In this document: positions 1 through 13,160 of the stretch, one piece after another
Position numbering within the stretch: position 1 is the stretch's first letter
Layout: each line of letters begins with the position of its first letter
DNA from: Paraspadella gotoi
Taxonomy: Eukaryota > Animalia > Chaetognatha
DNA: 64,000 nt
NCBI GenBank assembly: GCA_051294375.1
Contig: CM119270.1
Coordinates: forward strand, 10,187,579-10,251,578
Direction: 5' to 3'
Notes under the pieces: model-generated
Databases searched by the model: none
The model's input: the letters and a program-made list of their open reading frames with translations, nothing else
Told to the model about the DNA's origin: nothing
Translations under genes and position numbers: made by a program

Positions 1-793
1 AAAATCCATGATTTTTTTTTTACTTACGAACGCGACAACTAGAGTGGCGTAAAATATTCGATAAGCTCGCCCACCCTGCCTCAACTGGCAGAGAGAGATT
101 TTTAGGTGAGTTCTGGAGAAGAAAACGATATCTTGATACTAAACCAACTAATTTTTTTTTCTTTAATGTCATCTTTCCTAAAATATTCCAAAATACTTTA
201 TACACAATATTTAAATATTCAAACAATCAAAACTCTCTGCTCGCTCCCATTTGACACAAAAACTCCTTGCTTTTATTTTCATTTATCCCTATTTTTACTT
301 AACATGTTAGGACCGCCCGGTCCGTCCTCCTCTAAAACGCCCCGAGAATATTCGAAGAATATTTGAGAAAACTCCTCAACCCCGGCGAGATGCTTCGGTA
401 GTCCAGAGATGCTTCAAAGCATTGATTTGGTTGCTTGAGCAGATCGACATTCAAAAATAGTCTCTATCTCTCTGAGTTATATGAAGAGTTTAAAAAGGTA
501 CCTTAATAAAATAATCAAATCAGATAGATATTCAAAGAATATTATATTATATTATTATTATTATATTATATTTAAAAAATAATTATCAAAATTATATTTT
601 AAACACTCAAAAAGAATTACAAAAATCAGTATAAACTCAAAACTAATGAATAAACTAAAGCACGAATAAATCCTTATGACGAAGTAAAGTTCGAACTCAG
701 ATATCACGATTCGCGAGTCTTGGATCTAAACAAACATCCAATTCTTCAGAATGAGTAAAATTGTTGTTTCCTTTTTCCTTTTTCGAACTTTTT

Positions 794-1757
794 GGCGATC
801 CCGGAGTTGAATACGCTCTGGAGGCTTATGGAAAACGAAAAGAAAGAAGAGGAAAAATAAAGTTTGTTTTTTTACAGAAAAAAAAATTTAAACTGTAACA
901 ACAATGATATTAAAAACGTTTTTAAGCTTCACGAGCTAAGGATTTTTTTAACTCTTTTAAAAAATGTTTTTTTAAATATTAGTAATTGTAATATTTTTTT
1001 ATTGCCTTTGATAGATATTTATAAAATAATAGTTTTAATTTGTGATTACTATAATCATTTAATAATTCGGATATGTTTTAGTTATTGTTTTTTGAACCTT
1101 CATCAGCCAGTTTTAATAGTTTTAATAAATATTTGATACTAACTTTAAGAGATAAAGAAAGAGGTAATTTAACCTTGATATCTCTCTCTCTCTCGGAATT
1201 ATTAAATGATCATTGTAATCATAAATAAAAACTTTGTACTTGTAAATATTATTATTATATTTTATATAATTTATTTAATATTTAAATATTATTTTTTAAA
1301 AAGTTAAATTATTATAAGCTTAAGCCGAAACTTAATTTACCCTAACCCAAAGTTACCCCTAACCCAAACGTACCCCAACCCCTAATTACCTTAGCCTAAT
1401 TTATCTTCTACCCCTAACTTACCCTTAACCCTAATTTACCCGTAACCCTAACTTACCCCTAAACCTAACCCAACTTACCCCTAACTTATTTTAACCTTAA
1501 CTTATTTTTTAAATTATTCTTACCATAATTTATTATAACCTTAATTTTACCCAAATATATATTGGCTTGTATTAATTTCATATAACAAAAATAAAAATAT
1601 TAAAAGAAAAAATATTATCTGAATTCCTTTTTTTTTTCCCGAAAACGTTATCCACTTCCGTTCCATTTCGTTCTTTTTTTTTCCGTTAATTCTTTAAAAA
1701 AAACCTTGCTTTTCTTTCCCATAGGCCTTCCAGAGAGCATTGATCTCCAGGAATACC
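794..1757. mobile_element. Non-autonomous TIR DNA transposon (Merlin-like MITE)
   Basis: Imperfect ~45-bp TIRs (GGCGATCCCGGAG...CTCTGGAGGCTTATGG / CCATAGGCCTTCCAGAG...CTCCAGGAATACC), GG...CC termini, 8-bp direct repeat AACTTTTT at 786-793 and 1758-1765. Superfamily inferred only from termini and TSD length. Confidence 0.65.
1339..1502. repeat. Degenerate CCTAA/CCCTAA (telomere-like) minisatellite inside the MITE
   Basis: Repeated CCTAAC/CCCTAA/TTACCC motifs. Confidence 0.7.
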
Positions 1758-1836
1758 AACTTTTTTTTGCGGTTTTCCACTACGTGAGGCAACCGAAAAA
1801 AATGGTTATCAAAAAAAAATGAAACATCTTATTATG

Positions 1837-2102
1837 TGTGGATAAGGCGCGTAAGTGGGCTGAAGATGACTATTCATAACTTCTTTAAACCCCCTCTAGC
1901 AGCTATGGAACCAGGCTTGAGGGTTTCCACGCCCCCAAGGCGCTTACGGCCGTCCTCACACTTCCCGCAGGGTAGGTACCGGGTTGGATTTAACCCGGTT
2001 ACTAGTGTCATGAGCTGATGGCTTTACTCAATGAGCCACCGGGTCACGACTGAAGGTGTCGTGCTTAGAGGCGGTCTGTGAACTTTGCTTATGCCGACTA
2101 CA
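1837..2102 (-). mobile_element. Solo LTR of the tRNA-containing TRIM family
   Basis: Reverse complement reads TGTAGTCGG...TTATCCACA and aligns with the LTRs at 20868-21156 and 21277-21584; 4-bp TSD TATG at 1833-1836 and 2103-2106; A and B boxes present. Confidence 0.9.
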
Positions 2103-2568
2103 TATGGACCTCATTTAATTAATTTCTCATTCAAGAAATTATGAATGAAAAGTTTTGTAAATAGCACGGTTATTTTTTTTCATAGCGGTATCCCGGCTTC
2201 GGACGGCGTGATAATGGCCCCCACTGACGGAAGACGGCCTAAGGTTCACAGACGGAATGTTTCGGGGGCGAATACGGTTTCAGGAACAGCAGATTAACGA
2301 CAACCGGACTGCCGGCGTCTAGCCAGGCTGAAGCCAAGCGACCAAAGAAAAATCGAAATTCCCAAACTCAGCTGTTCCGAGGAAGTGTCTCTTGCGCCCT
2401 TCTGGAGTGGCCGCTGGAATCGGTGAGGGAAATGGTTGGTGGTAAAACTATTTGCTTATTTGCCTAGTTTTTATTTTGTAAAGTGCTGGCGACGACTTAT
2501 TAATTCGATACGGTCCGTTCGGTGAGCAAAGATAAGCCTACGTAAATGAAAATCATATAGGAAAAAAC

Positions 2569-4598
2569 AGTTTTTGAATTGTTACAACGATTTTTATTGA
2601 CATGAAAAGTCGACATGTTTCGACTCTTGACAGTTTTAGAGTCTCATCAGCAAGTGATTTTACAACAAGTTTTCTCTGGAAAGTTGAGTTAGAAGAGAGA
2701 GAGAGAGAGAGAGATTCCAAAAAGAATTGAGTGATGGATAGTGGTCAGTAGGGTGGGTGATGAAAAGATTGAGTGATTGAACATTTTTTTTTGCTGCTTA
2801 TTAAAATTTTTAGCTTAATAGTATAGTAAATTCAGTTATTTATGTAGAAATATCCTTATAAAAATTGTAAAATTTCAAAAATAATTTTTTTTAATTTTTA
2901 CGAACAGATTTAGATTCGTCGTAAAAAACTCAGAACTTTTATAAAAATATTTATATGATATTTTAATATATTAGATCACAAAAAATGATTAAACTTTTAA
3001 CATATATAATTTCTTCTACAGAAATATCAAAAAGCTTGAATTTTTTTTTTTCAAATTTTAAATGAGCTAAAGAGATGACAGAATTTTTGATAACATGTAT
3101 TATATTTTTATTTTTTATGACAAATCTGAACTTTTAATAAAAGTTTTAAAAAAATATTTGTAAAATTTATTATTTATAAAGATATTACTATAGATATATT
3201 AATATTTTACTATTCTGTTCCTGAACAATTATGAAACAAAATTATTTATTATTAGTAAATCATATTCATAATACATCTTAAATATCCTGTTACGATCAAT
3301 TACATCAAAATATTTTTTTCTTTCTTGAGTGCTCCACTCTATGGCGTCAGTTGTGAGACACTGGAGGTAAGGACAGGAAGGGGAATGAGTTGCTGAAAAT
3401 GAAAAAGAGAGAGAGAGAGGACGGGAAATGAAATCAATACATTACAGTGAATGTCACAACAGAGAACAAATGTTAAGCAATAACATAAGTTAGTAAACTT
3501 AAGATTAACTAACCGTTTTTCAAAGGAGGTATGGTGAGGATTTACTATCAAAAGCCCTTGCTGAAACACATCTAGTACTGAACTGGATGGAGACCAATTT
3601 TGACTTCTCCTCCCAAACTATGAATCACTTCATCACGCCGCAGATAGGCCAAGCCCAACCGCCACAACTGATCTCCCTCTCCCACTCAATGGCATAGCTA
3701 GATCCTCTCACCAGGGACAATGGATAGACCAGATACTCTCGCACCTGTAGTAACTTGGTACGAACTCTGCCTCAGTACCGGTTAGCACGCGCCACAAACG
3801 ATAGGCTCGCAGAGGGCATAGAGAGGAGCTGATTCTCCTGTAGCAAATACAGGGCAAAAACAGACGACAATCCGCTCCTGCCTCACCGTTCAGTGAGAGG
3901 AGGGCTAGTCAGCAGGCTCTATCGAGTGCAAAGAGATATTCGGATGTGCACTTGAGCATTATTCACAGCGATAGCGGAATCACCTTACTACGACCCCAGG
4001 AATGTCACACTTCAGTGTAGATCACTATCCTCTGCCAGCCTATGGACCAGGCCAATGACCCGTATTTTATCTGTCAACGTCCTCCATTGTGCCGCGCCGT
4101 GGGGCCAGCCTCATTTTTTGAGCTCTCTCTTTTACTTTATTCTCACTAACTCATATTAACTACCTATCACACACACCACTTATTCTACTTCTATTATCAC
4201 ATTTCTCACAACATTTTTACCTAATTATTTTCTTTGTTATTAATATAATACCTTAGTTAATCTTTAAGTTTACTTAATTATACTACCATTGATCTCTGTT
4301 GTAAATTTATTTCATTTGTCTTCTCTCTCTCTCTCTCTCTTTTTCATTTTTCACAAACTACTTCCCTTATCCCTTCCTTACCTTCAAGCTGTCCTCACAT
4401 AATACCACTATCCCTCACTAAATTCTTTGTTGGAATCTCTCTACTTAGTTCTTTCTCTCTCTCCTAACTCAACTTTCACAGAAAAACTGATGTAAAATCA
4501 CTTGCTGATGCAGACTCTAAAAACTAGTCCGAAGAAGTCAGAAACATGTCCGACTTTATCATGTCATAAAAATCGTTATGTTACAATTCAAAACGTTT
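2569..4598. mobile_element. Decayed Penelope-like element with inverted pseudo-LTRs
   Basis: Inverted arms (about 2569-2780 plus 3340-3515, versus 4240-4598), each with a hammerhead-like core. GC-richer degenerate interior at 3540-4110. A separate repeat (about 2830-3340, also seen at about 12400-12815) interrupts the left arm. Confidence 0.6.
2608..2654 (-). ncRNA. Minimal hammerhead ribozyme motif (Penelope type)
   Basis: Minus strand reads CTGATGA-GACTCT-loop-AGAGTC-GAAA-CATGTC: catalytic core, 6-bp stem II, palindromic ACATGT stem III and GUC site. Stem I is weak. A degenerate plus-strand copy lies at about 4501-4555. Confidence 0.7.
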
Positions 4599-7329
4599 TC
4601 TCTGAAAATCTACACAACAACGAAAAAGAAAGTTATACACAAGGGCTACTTATATAAAAAAAATAGTTCTATAATAAATTTATTTTAAAAAGACTGGTTC
4701 GTATCTTAAATAATGACGCAAACGATTCTGAAGGATTCTATCAATACTTATTATTTTTTTTCCACCCGCCCACGCACGTTCTAGGCATCTTCAGTTGTAA
4801 GAGAGTCGAGGCCGGTTATCTTTCGGCCCTTTTGAAGGAGAAGTCAATTTTCAATAATGCCTCACCACGTCGAGGACAACGTCCGCACTAAAAATGGATG
4901 CATCTTACGTTTGGGAAGTTCTCGACGAGGATTCCGACTGAGGGTTCATGTTCTTATTTAATACAAGACCTTGCCACACCCACATCCGATACAATTTTAA
5001 GCTTTAAACTCTTTCTCGCTCTTGTGTTCTTCCTTCTTAACATTTTCGCCAATCGCCTATCCACTAAATCCTAACTAATGTACTTAATGTTACCTCTTTT
5101 CTTACGGTCTTACATTTTTTTACGTATTTTTTCACATTTCGCGTTCCATCCGCAAACTTTTCTTTCCAGTTAAGGTATTAAATTACTATTAACTTCTTTT
5201 TACTTTTCTCTTTTTTATTCTTACAGTCCTCTTCTTCATCAACGCGATTCCGGTACATGGGAATTGGATGCGTTACGTTTCAGTGTGCGCAGATTTTTCG
5301 AAGAACAGAACATAGTGACGATTCCGGAGGACCTCAACATTTACTACAAAGGTCATTAATCTGTGGGTCCAAATTCAGGAATTGCTTACCTTCTATGCAA
5401 GAATCAGTGGCGGCCGAGAAGGGGCAATCGAAACAAGCGACGCACGACCGCCAGCCCTCGCTGTAGGACGGTCAGTCGGGGTGGTGGGCCAAAGACCAAA
5501 GACCATGAAATGCGTGAATACTGACGGAGATGCTTTTTTTCTTTTGTTGGAGACGACTGGGAATGTGAATACAGACCCCAGGCTTCATATTATAACATGT
5601 GTACTAAGTGGGCACAGCACAGACTTTAAAGCTGCCTCACTGCTGGTCCGTCCTTAGCTCGTCTCAATAGCTGAGCAACTAAATCATCTCATTATCCAAT
5701 CCCGGTGGCGTTCCGGGTTCAATCCCCGAGGTATCCGGTTCTGGCTAAATGTGACGGTGCGGTATAAACATGCAGTGACAGGAGGCGGTCACTGAGGGTC
5801 GCAGCCCCTACGCAGTTGGTGAGATACCCCGCGCCCCGGGTATCACAGGCTATCCTCCCCGTTGCCATAGTACCCCTTTTTGTGACCAGAACACGTTCCG
5901 AGAAAACTATTTGAATAGATTTAATGAAATTGGTGTGGTATGACTCCCTATGTGAATACAATAGAAATATTGAGGCGAACTTTTCCCAATATTTGGCCCT
6001 GAGCCGAGATATGGGGCCCGGTATGGGTCACTCCATGGGGCCAAAAACATGGTCAAAATTTCATTTTATTAATTTTTATTTTTTTGTTTGTTTCTGAACC
6101 GTGCCCAGACGTTTACACTTGCTCAAAGTATTTATTTCCACAAAAATATTAGTTTAACATACAGTTTCCAGCTTCAATGAACATCAGCTGTCAAGACAGA
6201 TTTGGAATAATTCTGGAAAAATTGTGGAGAAAAACGAATGAACCATGACTATATCTTCAAAACCGATTAATTAGCAAAAATTTATTAATTGTTGACGTTT
6301 TAAAAATATTCCTCTCCTCTTTATGGACTTGTTGCACTTCATATACATCCGAATAAGTTAATCTCTGATTCTATAAATATCACAAATGTTCGTCAGCATC
6401 AACAATCTTTCATCGGAATCCTTACTCGTGATATTAAATTTATGAAATGTCACTCTCAATTATTGAAGTTTCAACCTTATTAATTGTGAGATTTCTCTTA
6501 TTCCGATTACCACTTTAAATTATCATCTTGTCATTTACATTTTTTTAAATTCATCTAAAAATGATTATTATATATGAAGCGTAATTATATCTATCACTTT
6601 CCTAGTGAATATAACAGGTTTCTTTCTGTTGTCTTTTTTTTCTCTTCATATAATCAAACTCAACTGTACTATCTTCTTTCACTACCTATAATCTAAAAAA
6701 CTCTCTTCATAGTCAAATCGCCCATTCCTCACTCCACTCTCGAGTTACACTGCGTGTTCAAATTCAATGATATAATATTCTATTTGTTTTTTCCAATTTA
6801 AATCCTCATTTCCACTCGAAACTTCATATCATCGCTTCAATCATCACACTTTCCTTACCCACACACACAAATTTTCCATTCCANNNNNNNNNNNNNNNNN
6901 NNNNNNNNAGAAAAACCTCTATGTTTCGAGTTCTTCATTTAGCTTATTAAAACTTAATAAAACCTAATAAATTGTGTTCAAAAACGAATTTCAATACCTC
7001 CGTAAATATAATGCAGTATAACTTTTGTAAGTGTCTTTTCAATATGATACTGTTAATTCAAAATTTTTTTGAAAAAAAAATGCTTATTTTTTATTACATA
7101 TACAAAGGCAGCAAAAAAAAATAACATTACCATCCAAAAATATTTTTATAATGCAGTTATAGTTTTGTAGGTCCTTTTTTAGAAATAGTTTTGACTTTAA
7201 AAAGATTGAATGGGATATATGTAAAAGATATATAATATATATTATATATATTATATATATATAATATTATATATATATATATTATATGAGAGGCAGGTTT
7301 TGAAAAGGATAAGAATAAAAATAATTTTG

Positions 7330-8620
7330 CAAAAACTTTTATTTGACACAATGCTTATTTCTGTGCAAATCTGTGCAATAAAAGAGTAAAAAGCATAATT
7401 TGTGTTAATTCTGTACAATTCCTGTGCAAAAAAAATTGTTGTCTCTGTTACCCAATCCTTTTGCAAAAAATATAAAAATCAAATTTGCACAGATTTGCAC
7501 AGGAATAAAAAATAGTGCAATTTTAAATTTTTTTTAGTTTTGGAAGATTAAATGAAATAAACATAAAAAATACATATTTCATATTGTTACAGATTTAAAC
7601 CAGGATTTAAAAGGACTTATCTTGTTACAAAAAAATTTTACTTTCTTTTAGCACCATTCTTTATTCCTGTGCAAATTCTGTGCAAATAAAAGAGAGAAAA
7701 AATCTTTGGTTAAATGCTGTGCAATCCTGCTTGCAAACAATTTGTTTATATTTCTGTGCAATCCTGTGCAAAATAAGGAAAAAGGAGAAATAGCAGTTTT
7801 GAATGGTGTATAATCAGTGCAAGAAACAATTTGTTTGTCTTCTTTGCATCCTGTGCAAAATAAAAAAATCAATTTGTACAGATTTACACAGGAATGCTGT
7901 GCATTCTGTTGAAAAAAAAATGTTTTGTCTCTCTGAAAAAATAAATTTGTAACAAGATTTGCACAGGAATAAAAATTAATGCAATATTAGTATTTAGTTG
8001 CCATTTTTTACATTTTTATGGTTACAAATCTGTGCAAATAAAAAAAGCTAGAAATATCGAGTTGCTTAATTCTGTACACTTGTACAGATTTGTTTACAGA
8101 TTTGCCACAGGATTAAAAAAAGCATAAAAAATATTTATTTAGTTACATTTTAACTTTTTTAGGTCTATTTTTTACCTTGCAAAGTTTTGCACGGATTAAA
8201 AAATAAAAGAATCTGTGCAAAACTTATAAAATTTTTATTGGCACAATATTATTTTTCCTGTGCAAATCTGTGCAATAAAAAAAATAGAATTAACAATTGT
8301 GTAATGGTTTATTTGCACAGGTTTGCAAGGAATAGGATTGTGCCATAACAATTTAATTTTTTTGTGCTCTTTTTATTTCCTGTACAATCTGTTGCATGAA
8401 TGATTTTTTTATTTTGCACAGAATTGCATAGGGAAAATCAAAACAAATTTTTTTGGCACAAGATTTGCACAGGAAAATAGGATTGTGACAAAATATTTTA
8501 ATTTTTCTTGATGCTATTTTATTCCGGTTTTAATTCAGGGCATTTTATTTTTATTTTGCGCAAGGATTTCATAGAAAGTCAAAAGCAAATTGTTTTTTGT
8601 CATAGGATTGCACGCATTAT
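7330..8620. repeat. Degenerate mixed-orientation repeat array (TTCCTGTGCAAATCTGTGCAA and its reverse complement)
   Basis: Dozens of TGTGCAA and TTGCACA motifs in alternating blocks. Confidence 0.65.
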
Positions 8621-10094
8621 AACAAAAATCGGACAGACAGACAGACGGACTGGACGGACATCATTTTTGCATAATCATAATTGATGTTCTGGACATGAAA
8701 AGTGAGTGATGCCCGACAATGATTGAGGAGCGGACCGACGGACCATCAAATAATTAAGTAGTCAACGGAATCTCATAATGCTTAGTATTCTGTACTAAAT
8801 ATTTTTTGCAAAAATTGTGATTTATCACCATGATAGTGATTCCTTGCTATAATTATATTCTATATATTGTAAAAAAAATTTATGGGAATACTTTTAATTT
8901 TTTTAATTGATTCTGATAGAGCTTAAAAACGTTAGAAAAAAATATAATTACAACTTTTTTAAAATTTTGATGTTTTGTCACTGAAAATGAAGCAAAACTT
9001 ACTAAAATCATCGGATGATGATGATGAGGGATGATTTTTAAAAATTTTTCCCAATTTTGACCCAACTTATTCATCAAAATATTGAAAAAAAATGTATACT
9101 TGTGTAAACAACCTTATAAGGCTTATCGAATCTACTTTTAAAATACCAAATACCCTAAAAATGTTTGACATTTCCTATCTATTAAAATAAATATTAAAAA
9201 ATTAAATACTAGTGCTTCTACCATTTTAAGAAGAATTTTTGGTCCATTGAAAGGTTTCTCAGAAATGTACAAAATTTCATTTGGGGAAGGTTCCCAAATC
9301 AAACTTCTGACCCACCCCATTGACAAGTTTGGCTCTAGTGAGGGGGCGGAAGCGGACAACAAAAGTGGGCCTATAGAGCAGGATATGCGAAAAGCAGATA
9401 CGACTAAAAAACAAAAATTATTTAAAAAAAATTGAATTTCTTTACTTTTATTGAGATGGGAAAAAAAATTACATTTTCTCTCTCTCTCTCTCTCAGATAA
9501 AAATGATTTGATTGGGCTGATTGCTCCGATTTTGAGTGATTAATGAAATTTTTTTATTTAATTGTTAATTAAAAACTGTTTATGACTATTTTTAATATTA
9601 TGAAAGTTATAATAAACCAAAACCCAACTATTTTTATTGCAGTATGATTGAGTTGATTGATTGATTGATTCGCACAAGACAAGACATTTTCACAAAATTA
9701 ATGATTATAGTCGCATAAAAAAATTTGACATTCATTTGATCAATAAATGACGATCATCTCTTCAATAAATGGACTTATTCATTTCTCAAAATGGATTATC
9801 ATCACATTTAATGAATGCTTATTATCGCCCTGAATGGGAATTATAATCATTGATATCAATAAAAAAATTTTCTTTTAGATTTTTTAGAAATTTATACAGA
9901 TTTGCAAAAATCTAATTTTGCAAAAGTAATCAGCTGGTTTTGTCTGTCTTGTCAGTCTGTCCCCAGTTAGTATTAAAAACCCAATAAACTTGGGTAAATT
10001 TTTTTTTTAATTATTGTTTGTTAAAATAGTATAATGTATAATGAGATGCTATTTCAGGCTTTACATGGCACAGATTTCATACTTGTGACCACAG

Positions 10095-10975
10095 ATAGCC
10101 GCTACTGACAGAGATTCTCTAAAGATCTGTGACAACCCAGTGGCGCCCACAACCGTGTCACCAAATAATATTTTTGTTTCTTAATCCCCATATTTAACCC
10201 CCGCACTTTAAAAAGCCCCAGCCTTCCCCATTATTTTTCTTTAGATACAAAGACAATTTTTCTTCTTTTTGTGACGCGTGGTGGCGCCCACTGGACAAGA
10301 GATTCTCTAAGGAATCTTGACACCAGTGGCGGCCCACACCGTGTCCACAAAATAAATTTTTTGTTTCTTAATCCCCATATTAACCCCGCACTTAAAAAAG
10401 CCCCAGCCTTCCCTTATATTTTTCTTTAGATACCAAAGACCAACTTTCTTTCTTTGTGACACAGTGTAGGCGACCCACTGACCAAGAGATTCTTCTAAGG
10501 GATCTTGTGACACCCAGTGGCGCCCACACCGTGTCACAAATAATATTTTTTTGTTTCTTTAATCCCAATTAACCCCCGCACTTAAAAAGGCCCCAGCCTT
10601 CCCCATATTTTTCTTTAGATACAAAGTGAGCATATTTTTCTTCTTTGTGACAACCAGTGTGGGCCACTGACCAAGAGATTCTCTAAGGATCTGTGGACAC
10701 CCAGTGGGGCGCCACACCGTGTCACAAATAATATTTTTTTGTTTCTTAATCCCCATATTTAACCCCCGGCGCGTGAAAAGCCCCAGCCTTCCCTATTTTT
10801 CTTTAGATACAAAGGAACAATTTTCTTCTTTGTGGACCACAGTTGTGGCGCCCACTGACCAAGAGATTCTTAAAGGGATCTGTGACACCCAGTGGCGCCC
10901 ACACCGTGTTCACCAAATAAATATTTTTTTGTTTCTTTAATCCCCATATTTAAACCCCCGCACTTAAAAGCCCCT
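10095..10975. repeat. Tandem satellite, ~187-bp unit, ~4.7 copies
   Basis: CCACTGACCAAGAGATTCTCTAAGG recurs near 10102, 10289, 10475, 10665 and 10851; each unit contains TGTGACAC..CAGTGGCGCCCAC twice. Confidence 0.9.
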
Positions 10976-13160
10976 AGGATAGTCGCAATTGCAAGAGAGA
11001 AGAGAGATGAGAGCAGAAAACATGACATAAGATCGTTGCAATTGCAAAGAGAGAGAGAGAGAGAGAGATGGAGAGAGAGGAGAGAGTCCGAGATAAAAAA
11101 TTAGCGAATAAAAAAGTTGTTATTTTACTCACTGAATAAAAATTCTTAAATACTTTACAAAAGTACATAAAAAATTGATAAAAATTATTAATTCCGATAA
11201 CATTGTTTAATCACATGCAATATCTTGTAAGGCGGGCCAAAATTGAACACTTTTTTATAACTTCTAGTTCTCCCAAAAAAAATTCTTTTTTCCTTTTACT
11301 ACTAAATCGATTGTCAAGTAACTTTCGCCCCTTTGTGAATTAGTTCATTGAGTTGTTGCGCTGAAGCTTCTTAATTATTATGTAATATAAATTTTTTTTA
11401 GAACGGTTCTTGAAAGAGCTTAAAAGGTTAAATTGAAAGTAGTTACTATAATTTTTTTTCAAATTTTGACCAATAAATTGGTTAAAGAATAGAAAAAACC
11501 TTAAAAATTCATTCATCATCATCATATTGGCTGAATTTTATTTTTTAAATTTTTCATTAATAAAACAAAAAGAATTTGTAAAAAGTTGTATTAATTAACC
11601 TTAATCTAACTTTTAAAGCTCTATCAGAATCTCTAAAAAAAATTAGGATAAGCCAAAATTTTTAAAATTATTTTTCAATTTCATATTAGTTTTAATAGTC
11701 GGCTTAACCGATTATTTATTTGAGAGAGAACTTCGTAGGTTTTCAACCTGTTCGGGCGGGAGCGCAATATCTGAGGTACATGCGGGCCAAAAATTGAGAC
11801 TGGTTTTATGATAAGAGAGCCCAAACGTCGTCAATGGGGTTTGTGGTCAGAAGTTTGATTTGCGGGGCGAACGCTTCCCAAATAAACGTTCATACATTTC
11901 TGAGAAAAAACTTTCAATGGAGCAGAAATTTTCTTAAAACTGCTAAAAGCGATGTAGTAATTTTTTTTAATTATTTATTAAGATAGGAAATTTCAAAAAA
12001 ATTTTTTTAAATTTTTATTTTAAAGGGAGATTCAAATAGCTGATATGAAAAGTTTATCTATACAAAGTATAAATTCTTTTTTTCAATATTTTTGATAAGT
12101 GGTTAAAAATTGGGGAAAAAACTATAAAAAATTATGCATTCATCATCATCCGATTGATTTTACAGTTGTTTACTAATTTTTAGTAATAAAAACATTCCAA
12201 AATACTTCTGGTTCTGAACATTTTGCAAAAAAAATATTTTAATACAAATAATTAATACAGTAACTTTTTTCGAGTCGGGATCTGCTGATAAGCAGATTCG
12301 ACTAAAAATTTTAAAAATGTTGTGATTTATCATCTGATTAGCTGATTACCGCTTAATTATCGTAAGCAGATCCGACATTATTTGCTCAAACCTGTTAGGA
12401 ACAGATTTGGATTCGCCGTAAAAAATTAAGAAACTTTTATAAAATATGTTATATGATATTTTAATGTTTGGATCACAAAAAATATAAGTTTCTATTACAG
12501 AGAATAAAAAAGTCATGAATTTTCTTTGTTTTTCCGTTTTAAACGCTGAAGATGACAGAATTTTTGTTAACATGTTTTATATTTTTGATTTAACTTTTTG
12601 TGAAGAATCTGAATCTTTATTAAAAGTTTAAAAAAATATTTTTAAAATTTACTATTTTAAAAGGATATTACTACAAACATATTATATTTTACTATTCTGT
12701 TCCCGAGAAAATTTGAACAAAATATTTTTTGTACTAGTTAATCATACTAGCTCACATCTAAATATCTTTGTTTGATCATTCAAATAAATTTTTTGTTCTC
12801 GAGTGCTCCACTCTAGTGAGTATATTTGTTGAAGCAATAGTGAATAAACACAAAAAACGGGTGAGGCTTTATTTGTTGTCAAAGATCGAATTTTATTTTC
12901 ATTAAATCGCGATCTAGCTAGAGATTTCATTGAAAGAATTAAATCGCTGATACGAACGACTAAATTTTTTTAAAGTCCTACGTCTTAAATATCATTCAAA
13001 AATTGAGATGATAAATATCATTTAAAGAATCTACAGAGGTGGGAACATATATCGAGACAAAATTTAAAAAGTCATAACTCTAAAACTTGTAATGATTTTT
13101 AAAATCTGAATAAATATTTGTATAATACTCTTTCTTAGCTTTTAGACGATATATATAATA

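Noticed and set aside
1339-1502. True telomere or chromosome-fusion scar
   Set aside because: Short, degenerate and enclosed within a TIR element with a TSD.
10095-10975. CRISPR-like array
   Set aside because: Whole units repeat with no unique spacers, no cas genes, eukaryotic context.
8870-12200. One large TIR element enclosing the satellite (inverted similarity of about 9250-9335 versus 11815-11925)
   Set aside because: The similarity ends sharply on the inner side and no shared outer termini or TSD were found; more likely two separate copies of a repeat.
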